Part shown: positions 45,736 to 54,107 of the stretch, one piece after another | How the letters are laid out: the number at the start of each line of letters is the position of its first letter | How positions within the stretch are numbered: position 1 is the first letter of the stretch | DNA from: Ignavibacteriales bacterium | Lineage (GTDB): Bacteria; Bacteroidota; Ignavibacteria; UBA10030 | Direction of reading: 5' to 3' | Assembly (NCBI GenBank): GCA_026390595.1 | Contig: JAPLFQ010000032.1 | Location: 28,215-92,214, forward strand | DNA length: 64,000 nt | Translations under genes and position numbers: made by a program | Notes under the pieces: generated by a model | Told to the model about the DNA's origin: nothing | The model's input: only the letters and a program-made list of their open reading frames with translations | Databases searched by the model: none

Positions 45736-47934
45736 ATGATGAATTCGATTTCCCGAAGACGATTCCTGAAAATCTCCGCAGCGACCGTCAGCCTCGCGGC
45801 CGCCGGATGCGCGACCAAGTCTGGAACATCAAGCCTCGGCGCGAAGGAGAAAAAGAATGGGATCCAGAAAATCCCGACCTATTGTGATATCTGCTTCTGG
45901 AAGTGCGGCGCGATTGCGTACGTCAAAGACGGTGAACTGTGGAAAATCGAAGGCAACCCGGATGATCCGCTCAGCCGCGGACGCCTTTGCCCGCGGGGCA
46001 CCGGCGGCATAGGCGCTCACACAGACCCCGACAGACTCCGCACACCGCTGATCCGCAAACGCGAGCGAGGTGAAGAAGTGTGGCAGGAAGTCACCTGGGA
46101 TGAGGCGCTGGGATACATTGCCGACAAGATGCAGAAGATCAAATCCGAATACGGACCGGAATCGATGGCGCTCTTCAGCCACGGTATCGGCGGCAACTTC
46201 CTGAAGCACACAATGAAAGCATACGGAACTCCGAACATCTCAGCCCCCTCCTTCGCCCAATGTCGCGGACCCCGCGATGTCGGATTCCGCCTCACCTTCG
46301 GCGAGGACGTCAGTTCGCCTGAACGGACGGATATCAAGAACGCCCAATGCCTGGTCCTGATCGGAAGTCACCTCGGCGAGAACATGCACAACTCCCAGGT
46401 CCAGGAGTTCGCTGACGCGATCGACAACGACGCTTCAATCATCGTCGTCGACCCGCGTTTCTCCGTTGCCGCGAGCAAGGCCAAGTGGTACCTCCCCATC
46501 AAGCCGGGGACCGATCTCGCTTTGCTTCTTGCGTGGATGAATGTCATCGTGAAGGAGAATCTGTACGACAAAGAGTATGTGACAAAACACGGATTCGGTT
46601 TCGAACAATTCGCAGCCACACTCCTCCCCTACACACCAGAATGGGCATATCCCGAAACAGGAATTGAACCAGAAGTCATACGCGCTACCGCCCGCGAGAT
46701 GGCGCGATACAAGCCGGCAACGCTCGTCCATCCGGGAAGGCACGTCACCTGGTACGGCGACGATGCACAACGCAGCAGAGCCATCGCACTGCTCAACGCA
46801 CTCCTTGGAAGCTGGGGACGCAAAGGAGGATTCTACTATCCCGTCAGCATGGACGTTCCGGCATATCCATATCCTGCCTATCCGAAGCCGGCAAGAGACA
46901 AAGTCGACAATCCGAATCACAAGTATCCTTTCGCGCATGAGACAATCACCACCGGCACCCGCGATGCTACAATATCCGGCCAACCGTATCCCATTAAAGG
47001 CTGGTTTGTTTATGCGTCCAACCTGATTCACGCACTTCCAAACGAGCAGGAGACGATCAAGGCTATCCAGAACCTCGACCTTCTCGTCGTGGTCGATGTG
47101 ATACCGAGTGAAATTGCCGGATGGGCGGACGTCGTTCTCCCCGAAGCTGTCTACCTCGAGCGGCACGACGATCTCAACGTGGAGTGGTTCAGGGATTCGT
47201 TCACAGCCCTGCGTCAACCGGTCGTCGAATCGCCTCACGATCAGAAACCGAACTGGTGGATCGCAAAGCAGCTCGCCGGGAAACTTGGCCTCAGCAGCTA
47301 TTTCCCCTGGAACGATATCGAGGAGTATTTCAAGCACCGCCTTACCGCAGCCGGACTCGATTACGATGAGCTCAGGCAAAAAGGGATCATCAGGGGAAAG
47401 AAACAGCCCAATTACTTCGAAGAAGGGGTGCCTATTGAATTCCCCACTCCTTCGGGAAAGATCGAATTCTACTCTTTGCAGCTCCAGAAGGCAGGGTTCG
47501 ACCCGGTCCCGAGATATACAAAGCCCGATCCGAATCCCCCCGGATCGTTCCGACTCCTCTACGGCCGCTCACCCGTTCATTCGTTCAGCAGGACGCATTC
47601 AAACAGGATTCTCTCCGATATGATGTCTGAGAACGAGGTATGGGTCAATGCTTCCGTCGCAGGAAGGCTGGGATTGCAGAACGCCCAGTACGTCACGCTG
47701 AAGAATCAGGATGGAGTCGTCAGCAATAGAGTGAAAGTGAAGGTGACTGAGAGAATCCGGCCGGACTGCGTGTATGTTGTCCACGGATTCGGCCATACGT
47801 CCAAAGGACTTAAACACGCCTTCCGCAAAGGTGCAAGTGATGCGCAACTGATCACCAGGTACAAGACTGATCCGCTCATGGGAGGTACGGGAATGAACAA
47901 CAATTTCGTCACCATCGAACCGGCGGAGGCGTAA
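45736..47934 (+). CDS. Tat-exported molybdopterin (bis-MGD) oxidoreductase catalytic subunit, PsrA/PhsA/TtrA-like
   Basis: Twin-arginine signal (SRRRFLKISAATVSLAAAGCA), N-terminal 4Fe-4S motif CDICFWKCG…C, and the DMSO-reductase-family MGD-binding core. 732 aa, typical of the polysulfide/thiosulfate reductase class. Confidence 0.85.
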   Translation: MMNSISRRRFLKISAATVSLAAAGCATKSGTSSLGAKEKKNGIQKIPTYCDICFWKCGAIAYVKDGELWKIEGNPDDPLSRGRLCPRGTGGIGAHTDPDRLRTPLIRKRERGEEVWQEVTWDEALGYIADKMQKIKSEYGPESMALFSHGIGGNFLKHTMKAYGTPNISAPSFAQCRGPRDVGFRLTFGEDVSSPERTDIKNAQCLVLIGSHLGENMHNSQVQEFADAIDNDASIIVVDPRFSVAASKAKWYLPIKPGTDLALLLAWMNVIVKENLYDKEYVTKHGFGFEQFAATLLPYTPEWAYPETGIEPEVIRATAREMARYKPATLVHPGRHVTWYGDDAQRSRAIALLNALLGSWGRKGGFYYPVSMDVPAYPYPAYPKPARDKVDNPNHKYPFAHETITTGTRDATISGQPYPIKGWFVYASNLIHALPNEQETIKAIQNLDLLVVVDVIPSEIAGWADVVLPEAVYLERHDDLNVEWFRDSFTALRQPVVESPHDQKPNWWIAKQLAGKLGLSSYFPWNDIEEYFKHRLTAAGLDYDELRQKGIIRGKKQPNYFEEGVPIEFPTPSGKIEFYSLQLQKAGFDPVPRYTKPDPNPPGSFRLLYGRSPVHSFSRTHSNRILSDMMSENEVWVNASVAGRLGLQNAQYVTLKNQDGVVSNRVKVKVTERIRPDCVYVVHGFGHTSKGLKHAFRKGASDAQLITRYKTDPLMGGTGMNNNFVTIEPAEA

Positions 47935-47936
47935 CC

Positions 47937-48476
47937 ATGGGGCGATTTGGAATGGTCATCGATACTGTGAAATGTGTCGGATGCATGGATTGCGTGGTTG
48001 CCTGTAAGACTGAGAACGAAGTTCCAGAAGGATTCAATCGTGACTGGATCGCACAGGACGTCACCGGCTCCTTCCCCACACTCCACATGGAAATCCGAAG
48101 CGAGCGATGCAATCATTGCGACGCTCCCCCCTGTGTGTACTGCTGCCCGACGGGAGCGAGTCACGTTCACAGCCTGGGCGGTGTAGTCCTCGTGGAACAC
48201 GGGATGTGTATCGGCTGCAAGGCCTGCCTTGCCTCCTGCCCCTATGACGCGCGGTTCATCCACCCTGATGGATATGCCGATAAGTGCACGTTCTGCATCC
48301 ATAGAGTGGAAAAGGGTTTGGATCCGGCGTGCGTCTCCGTTTGCCCGACTCATTGCATGACATTCGGCGACCTCGAAGATCCGAACAGTTCCGCGAGCAA
48401 GCTCCTCGGCTCAAGGAAGTACCACTCTTTGATTCCTGAGGCTGGCACAAAACCACAAGTGTACTATCTCACATAG
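47937..48476 (+). CDS. 4Fe-4S ferredoxin-type electron-transfer subunit (PsrB/PhsB/NrfC-like)
   Basis: Four Cys clusters (CVGCMDCVVAC, CNHCDAPPCVYCC, CIGCKACLASC, CTFC…C…C). Confidence 0.85.
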   Translation: MGRFGMVIDTVKCVGCMDCVVACKTENEVPEGFNRDWIAQDVTGSFPTLHMEIRSERCNHCDAPPCVYCCPTGASHVHSLGGVVLVEHGMCIGCKACLASCPYDARFIHPDGYADKCTFCIHRVEKGLDPACVSVCPTHCMTFGDLEDPNSSASKLLGSRKYHSLIPEAGTKPQVYYLT

Positions 48477-48484
48477 AGGACTGT

Positions 48485-49435
48485 ATGCACGAACTCACAA
48501 CTACGAGGCACAACGAGCTCGTCGATCCCGTCCTGCAGATCTGGGCATGGCAGATTCCTGTGTATCTGTTCATCGGCGGACTCGTCGCCGGGATCATGAT
48601 CATCTCCGGTTACTTTGCCCTCAAGGGTCAGTACAAGAAGAACATGTTCACAAGTTTCTACCTGCCTCACATCAGCCTCGTTCTGCTGAGCCTGGGTATG
48701 TTCTCGCTATTCCTCGATCTTGAACACAAACTGTACGTCTGGAGACTCTACACCACATTCAAGATCATGTCGCCGATGTCCTGGGGAGCATGGATACTGA
48801 TTCTCGTGTACCCTGCTCTCTGGTTGAACACACTCATCCGCATTCCGGATGCATACAAGAATATCATCCCCGTGTTTGACCGCCTGAGTGCCAGAATCAA
48901 CCAACATCCATTCTTGATCAAGAGCATTGGCACTCTCAACATGCTCCTGGGCACACTCCTTGGCATGTATACCGGCGTGCTCCTGAGTTCGATCGCCGCA
49001 AGGCCTCTCTGGAACAGCTCTATGCTTTGGATGGTGTTTCTCGTTTCCGGACTCTCGGCTGCGTCCGCGTTTGTGCACCTTGTCGCGCGCGACCCGGAAG
49101 AACGACTGTTACTCGCCAAAGCAGACAACGGCTTTCTGACCCTCGAGCTCTTTGTGATCGGCGGCTTCGTCAGCGGCTTGCTGAGCTCGACGGGAGTTCA
49201 TTCCGAAGCAGTTCTGCTCATACTCGTCGGACCGTACGCCCCAGCGTTCTGGGTGGGCGTCATCGGACTCGGCATCATCATCCCCTTGATCATTCAGATG
49301 CTGGCAGTGAACGCCAGAGTCAAACATACATCGGCAGCTCCCATTATGGTCTTGTTTGGCGGACTTCTGCTCCGCTTCGTCATCGTGTATGCGGGGCAAT
49401 ACAGCCACTACACGCATCAGGCACTATCAAGATAG
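48485..49435 (+). CDS. NrfD/PsrC-family quinol-oxidising membrane anchor subunit
   Basis: 8-TM protein with an NrfD-type N-terminus (VLQIWAWQIPVYLFIGGLVAG). Confidence 0.85.
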   Translation: MHELTTTRHNELVDPVLQIWAWQIPVYLFIGGLVAGIMIISGYFALKGQYKKNMFTSFYLPHISLVLLSLGMFSLFLDLEHKLYVWRLYTTFKIMSPMSWGAWILILVYPALWLNTLIRIPDAYKNIIPVFDRLSARINQHPFLIKSIGTLNMLLGTLLGMYTGVLLSSIAARPLWNSSMLWMVFLVSGLSAASAFVHLVARDPEERLLLAKADNGFLTLELFVIGGFVSGLLSSTGVHSEAVLLILVGPYAPAFWVGVIGLGIIIPLIIQMLAVNARVKHTSAAPIMVLFGGLLLRFVIVYAGQYSHYTHQALSR

Positions 49436-49495
49436 TACTCATTCCACTTCAACGCTGATATTCCAGGATTGATTCGAGAATCGGAGGACCAACAA

Positions 49496-50074
49496 ATGGC
49501 AACAGCAAACGAAATAGGTCTCAGTGAGTCCAAGCTTCGCACGGGGGGGCACACAGAAAGGACAGCGCAGCCGTACTGGAACCCGTACGTCGCAGGGCTT
49601 GGACTTGGGCTTGTGCTGCTCGCTTCATTCGTGATCATGGGACGCGGCTTGGGGGCATCCGGTGCATTCTCATCCCTCGTGACGGTCGGTGTCCAGGCTG
49701 TGGCACCGAATCACGTGGCTGCTAACGAATTCTATTCTGAATACGTCGGCGACGGATCAAAAAGTCCATTGAAGGACTGGCTTGTCTTCGAAGTGCTCGG
49801 AGTGTTCGTCGGCGGGTTCATCTCAGGATTGCTCGCAAATCGGGTAACAAAAGTGGTCGAACGAGGGCCCAACATCAGCAGCGCCGGACGGCTGACGCTC
49901 GCGTTCATCGGTGGAGGATTGATGGGGATCGGAGCGAAGCTCGCCCGCGGCTGCACAAGCGGCCAGGCGTTGACCGGCGGCGCCCTGTTCAATGTCGGCA
50001 GCTGGGCTTTCATGATGATGGTATTCGCCGGCGCATATGCTACGGCATACTTTGTAAGGAGACAATGGCAATGA
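49496..50074 (+). CDS. YeeE/YedE-family sulfur-compound transporter, N-terminal half (split gene)
   Basis: Conserved Cys loop (GAKLARGCTSGQALTGG) in a 4-TM half-protein. Start ATG 49496 follows GGAGGA. The track ORF start 49469 gives a 9-aa longer product. Confidence 0.75.
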   Translation: MATANEIGLSESKLRTGGHTERTAQPYWNPYVAGLGLGLVLLASFVIMGRGLGASGAFSSLVTVGVQAVAPNHVAANEFYSEYVGDGSKSPLKDWLVFEVLGVFVGGFISGLLANRVTKVVERGPNISSAGRLTLAFIGGGLMGIGAKLARGCTSGQALTGGALFNVGSWAFMMMVFAGAYATAYFVRRQWQ

Positions 50075-50670
50075 ACGCACCCTTCTTCAAATTTGGTTTA
50101 TTTGGCGATGACGTCAGTCTCGTCGTCGCATTCGTCATTGGAATCGGGTTCGGCTTCTTCCTCGAGCGGGCCGGATTCGGCAGCTCAAAGAAGCTTGCCG
50201 CACAGTTCTACTTCACCGACCTCACCGTCTTCAAGGTAATGTTCACGGCGATCATTACCGCTATGGTTGGTGTTTACTACCTTTCCGTAGTCGGTTTCGT
50301 CGATCTTTCACTCGTCTATCTGACACCCACCTTCCTGGTCCCTCAAATCGTCGGAGGTCTGATCCTCGGCGTCGGGTTCGTTGTAGGCGGATACTGTCCG
50401 GGAACATCGTGCGTCGCTGCATCGACGGGACGAGTTGACGCGATGGTCTACCTCCTGGGAATCGTTTTCGGGATTTTCGTTTTCGGCGAGGCGATCCCGT
50501 TGGTAAGCACCTTCTATCTCTCGACACCGATGGGCCAGATCACGCTTCCACAAATCTCCGGCCTCCCGTACGGTTTGATCGTGTTCCTTGTTGTGCTGAT
50601 GGCTCTGGGGGGATTTGCCGGAGCAGAGTGGGTTGAGAAGAAAATGGCGGCAAAGAAAGCGAGGGCCTGA
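50065..50670 (+). CDS. YeeE/YedE-family sulfur-compound transporter, C-terminal half (split gene)
   Basis: Second conserved Cys loop (GVGFVVGGYCPGTSCVAAS). It overlaps the first half by 10 nt. Confidence 0.75.
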   Translation: MAMNAPFFKFGLFGDDVSLVVAFVIGIGFGFFLERAGFGSSKKLAAQFYFTDLTVFKVMFTAIITAMVGVYYLSVVGFVDLSLVYLTPTFLVPQIVGGLILGVGFVVGGYCPGTSCVAASTGRVDAMVYLLGIVFGIFVFGEAIPLVSTFYLSTPMGQITLPQISGLPYGLIVFLVVLMALGGFAGAEWVEKKMAAKKARA

Positions 50671-50672
50671 TC

Positions 50673-51326
50673 ATGAAAAACCTCTTCACTGATCTCTCCC
50701 TGAACAGAAAGCTTGCCCTCTTCGTGTTCGTCCTGGGATTCCTGGCTTTATTCGCTGGAAGCCCGTACAGAGGAACGGAGCTGAAAGTCGACGCCTCTGA
50801 GATGGCAATGATCGTCCAGAAGGAAGTTGATCATGTCTCTTCTGAAGAACTGGCCGGCTGGATTGTTCAAGGGAAGGCCGATTATCGTCTTCTCGACCTG
50901 CGTACCGAGAAGGAGTTTGGCGAGTACCACATCCCAACTGCGGAAAACATGCAGCTGACGAACTTGAAAGAGGCCCAGCTGGGCAGGAATGAGAAGATGG
51001 TCTTGTACTCTGACGGGGGGATTCACTCCGCACAAGCCTGGTTTCTCCTGAAGGCCGAAGGGCACAAGGGAGTCTACATACTGCGCGGCGGGTTGGAGGA
51101 ATGGAAAGACAAAATACTCTTTCCACGACTTACCGATAACGCTTCGCCGGCCGAAGTCGCGGCGTTCGAGAAGACCAGACTCTTGAGCAAATTCTTCGGG
51201 GGATCCCCGCAGGTTGGAGGCGCTGCACAGACCACCACGCAGACGATGACGCTCCCGAAACTCGAATCCCCTACGGGAGCACAACCCAAGACAACTCCGG
51301 GAAAGAAGAAGAAAGAGGGCTGCTGA
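50673..51326 (+). CDS. Membrane-anchored rhodanese-like domain protein; active-site Cys replaced by Ser, probably non-catalytic
   Basis: Rhodanese fold (VSSEELAGWIVQGKADYRLLDLRTEKEFGEYHIPTAENM…MVLYSDGGIHSAQAWFLLKAEG…RGGLEEW). YSDGG occupies the position of the canonical Y-C-x-x-G active-site loop. The C-terminal tail is low-complexity (T/Q/K-rich). Confidence 0.7.
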   Translation: MKNLFTDLSLNRKLALFVFVLGFLALFAGSPYRGTELKVDASEMAMIVQKEVDHVSSEELAGWIVQGKADYRLLDLRTEKEFGEYHIPTAENMQLTNLKEAQLGRNEKMVLYSDGGIHSAQAWFLLKAEGHKGVYILRGGLEEWKDKILFPRLTDNASPAEVAAFEKTRLLSKFFGGSPQVGGAAQTTTQTMTLPKLESPTGAQPKTTPGKKKKEGC

Positions 51327-51442
51327 GCGGCGCTTGCATCACAGAGGAAGCGTTTGTAGCTTATCCGAAACCTTGAAGCCCTCTCTTACAATGGAGGGCT
51401 TCTCTGCTTTGAACAACTGACCTGGAACAACCGGAGTGAACA

Positions 51443-51778
51443 ATGCAAAAACCCCCTAAGCGATACCAGGATTTCTCCAAGAAGTACCGTGACATCGCGA
51501 AAGCGTACGAAGAGATGGGATCTGCCTGTCATTCGGCGGGACCGCTTGACGAAAAGACACGAGCCCTCGTCAAGCTCGCCATTTCAATCGGCGCCCGTAT
51601 TGAGGGGAGTACTCATGCACACGCCCGAAAAGCTATCGCTGCCGGTGTCAAAGCGGAGGAGCTGTACCACGTCGCACTCCTTGCCATTCCGACGATCGGA
51701 TTTCCGCCTGCCATGGCGGCGATGAGCTGGGTTGAAGATATGGTGAAACCGGAACTTCCGGCCCGCAAACGCAAATGA
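51443..51778 (+). CDS. Carboxymuconolactone decarboxylase / AhpD-like family protein
   Basis: 111 aa with the CMD-domain helix pattern and a Cys-His pair (GSACHSAG…STHAHA). Confidence 0.65.
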   Translation: MQKPPKRYQDFSKKYRDIAKAYEEMGSACHSAGPLDEKTRALVKLAISIGARIEGSTHAHARKAIAAGVKAEELYHVALLAIPTIGFPPAMAAMSWVEDMVKPELPARKRK

Positions 51779-52383
51779 CGAAGCGGTCAGATGTTCTCGG
51801 CGCGGTTCTCGCCGGCGGCAAGAGCACGCGCATGGGTACGGAGAAAGCGTTATTGCCCGTCAAAGGCCGTCCGATGATCCAGTATGCAGCTGAGACGCTT
51901 GCGAAGGTGTTTGCTGAAACTGTAATCGTTGGCGGCAGCCAGGACAAGTACGGGTTTCTGAAATGCGAGATTGTGCCGGATCTCTTTGAGGGTTGCGGTC
52001 CGCTTGGCGGTATTCATGCGGCGTTACACCGCTCCAAGCCGCGGGCTGCCTTTGTCCTGTCCTGCGACACACCATTCATCCCTGCCGATCTCATTGAATT
52101 CCTCCTCCGAGCCAAGGCGCCGGATTTGACAGTTATCGCGACATTCGACGGGGTCCTCCAACCTCTTTGCGGAGTTTATGACGCGTCGAGTTTTCCCGAA
52201 ATCGATCGAGACATCGAACAAGGCAAGTACTCCGTCTTCAAAACACTCAAGAATATCGAGCATGTAGAAATCCCAATTACGCCCGATCTCCCGTTCTTCA
52301 CTCCACAGCTATTCTGGAATATGAATCGACCTGAAGATTACCGAATCCTCTCACAACCTGACGCAGGGACTTCTCATGGCTGA
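51775..52383 (+). CDS. mobA: Molybdenum cofactor guanylyltransferase
   Basis: GAVLAGGKSTRMGTEKALLPVKGRPMI nucleotide-binding motif. 202 aa. Overlaps the CMD gene by 4 nt. Confidence 0.85.
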   Translation: MTKRSDVLGAVLAGGKSTRMGTEKALLPVKGRPMIQYAAETLAKVFAETVIVGGSQDKYGFLKCEIVPDLFEGCGPLGGIHAALHRSKPRAAFVLSCDTPFIPADLIEFLLRAKAPDLTVIATFDGVLQPLCGVYDASSFPEIDRDIEQGKYSVFKTLKNIEHVEIPITPDLPFFTPQLFWNMNRPEDYRILSQPDAGTSHG

Positions 52384-53362
52384 TGCACGCACGATCAAAA
52401 AAGCGGCGCGTACACCGCTCACCTCCAGGAACAGTCAAGCGCGTTCCATCAAGCTCGTAAATTTCGAGACGGGAGAGTCCGTTTCGATTCTTCCCAGTCT
52501 GGGAGCGACCGTGCGTGAGCTGGTCCTTCGTTGCAGAGGGAGGCTCTTCTCCATCCTGGAGTATCCCAAATCGTACAAAGCGATGCTTGAAAACAAGCAC
52601 TTCGCAGGGGTCAAGCTCATTCCCTTCCCGGGCCGGATCCCCGACGCGACGTACGCGTTTGCAGAGAGAACACACAAGCTTGAGGCTAACTCGAAGCGCA
52701 ACTTTGCCATTCACGGGTTCTTCTTCGACAAGCCGTATCAATTGCACAAAACGAGGGTGGGCGATAACTCTGCATCATTGGTGCTTCGATCAAAGCACAA
52801 CGGCAGAACCAAGGGATATCCCTTCGCGTTCGAGGTCCGATTGACATACACGCTCAAAGCGGGCTCGTTCTCCTGTACGACAGAGATCCGGAACACGGAT
52901 TCCAAGCCGATCCCTGTCGGAGACGGCTGGCACCCATATTTCAAAACCGCGGGGCCTGTCAGAAAACTTCTGCTATCGCTGCCGGCACATTCCGTGGTTG
53001 AGGTCACTCCTTCGAAAGTGCCGACGGGTGCCATGCGCAAACCGATTACAAAACGAAGTGTTATCCCGCTGAACAAGAAGACACTCGACCCGGTGTTTGA
53101 CTTTGGAAAGAAACGGCAGAAGGTGACGACAAAGCTCATTGATCGGAAGCTGGGACTCGAACTGCAGGTATGGCAGGATTCGGGGGCGGGGCGCTACAGG
53201 TATTTGATTCTCCACCGGCCGGATTCGGGCTCGTCGGTGGCCATTGAACCCTGGACGTGTGCACCGAACTCATTCAACAACAGAATGGGTCTGATCGTAT
53301 TGAAACCGGGCGCGACATTCAAAGCATCGTATGGAGTTGTGCTGAAAAAACTTCAGAAGTGA
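52376..53362 (+). CDS. Aldose 1-epimerase (galactose mutarotase-like) family protein
   Basis: Mutarotase family beta-sandwich motifs (…GFHGFFFDKPYQL…, …DGWHPYFK…). Confidence 0.7.
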   Translation: MADARTIKKAARTPLTSRNSQARSIKLVNFETGESVSILPSLGATVRELVLRCRGRLFSILEYPKSYKAMLENKHFAGVKLIPFPGRIPDATYAFAERTHKLEANSKRNFAIHGFFFDKPYQLHKTRVGDNSASLVLRSKHNGRTKGYPFAFEVRLTYTLKAGSFSCTTEIRNTDSKPIPVGDGWHPYFKTAGPVRKLLLSLPAHSVVEVTPSKVPTGAMRKPITKRSVIPLNKKTLDPVFDFGKKRQKVTTKLIDRKLGLELQVWQDSGAGRYRYLILHRPDSGSSVAIEPWTCAPNSFNNRMGLIVLKPGATFKASYGVVLKKLQK

Positions 53363-53456
53363 TTGCGCGCTCCTGACGGAGCTCGATGAGATAACTGCAT
53401 CCTTAATTCTTCAGACATTTCGTCCCTAACGGGACGGGGAATAAGTTGGCTCAAGT

Positions 53457-54104
53457 TCACTTCTTCTTGGCGGCGAGGAAATTCTGGACCATCCGATTGG
53501 CGCGTTCCGTCAGCACTTCATAGCGCTCTTCATCGATGGCTTTCTTGTCGAGCAGATCACTTCCGACACCCACTGCGCACGCCCCCGCCGCGATCCACTC
53601 ACCAACATTATCGATTGTCACTCCACCGGTCGGCATCAGGCGAATATCCGGGAAGGGACCACGAAGATCCTTGAAATACTTGGGTCCCAGTGAAGTTGCA
53701 GGGAATACCTTGATGATGTCAGCGCCGGCATTCCATGCAGTCAGTATCTCGGTCGGAGTATAGCAGCCGGGCATGACCGGAATGTCCCGCTTCCCGCAGA
53801 GAGACACGACGCCAAGGTTCAACACCGGGCCAACGACAAACGCCGCTCCAGCATCAATCACCTGATTCGCCGTCGTCTCGTCAACCACAGTTCCGGCACC
53901 GATGAGCACATCGGGTGGAACGGCTGTCGCCAGACGTCGGATGATTTCCACAGCTCCCGGTACTGTCATCGTAATTTCGATGTTCTTGACTCCCCCCTGT
54001 CGTACAGCTTCGATGACCTTAAGAAGCCGGTTCGTGTCTTTCATCCGGATGACAGCAACGACACCGGATTCGATTATTCGGGCAAGTATGTCTGAGCGTT
54101 TCAT
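53457..54104 (-). CDS. eda: KDPG / KHG aldolase
   Basis: 215 aa with Eda family motifs (VVAVIR…, …GAGTV…, catalytic-Lys context …IKVFPA…, C-terminal GVGSDL). Confidence 0.85.
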   Translation of the reverse strand: MKRSDILARIIESGVVAVIRMKDTNRLLKVIEAVRQGGVKNIEITMTVPGAVEIIRRLATAVPPDVLIGAGTVVDETTANQVIDAGAAFVVGPVLNLGVVSLCGKRDIPVMPGCYTPTEILTAWNAGADIIKVFPATSLGPKYFKDLRGPFPDIRLMPTGGVTIDNVGEWIAAGACAVGVGSDLLDKKAIDEERYEVLTERANRMVQNFLAAKKK

Positions 54105-54107
54105 AGG

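Noticed and set aside
46435-47379. 314-aa minus-strand ORF
   Set aside because: Lies entirely antisense within the PsrA-like molybdoenzyme gene; a shadow ORF.
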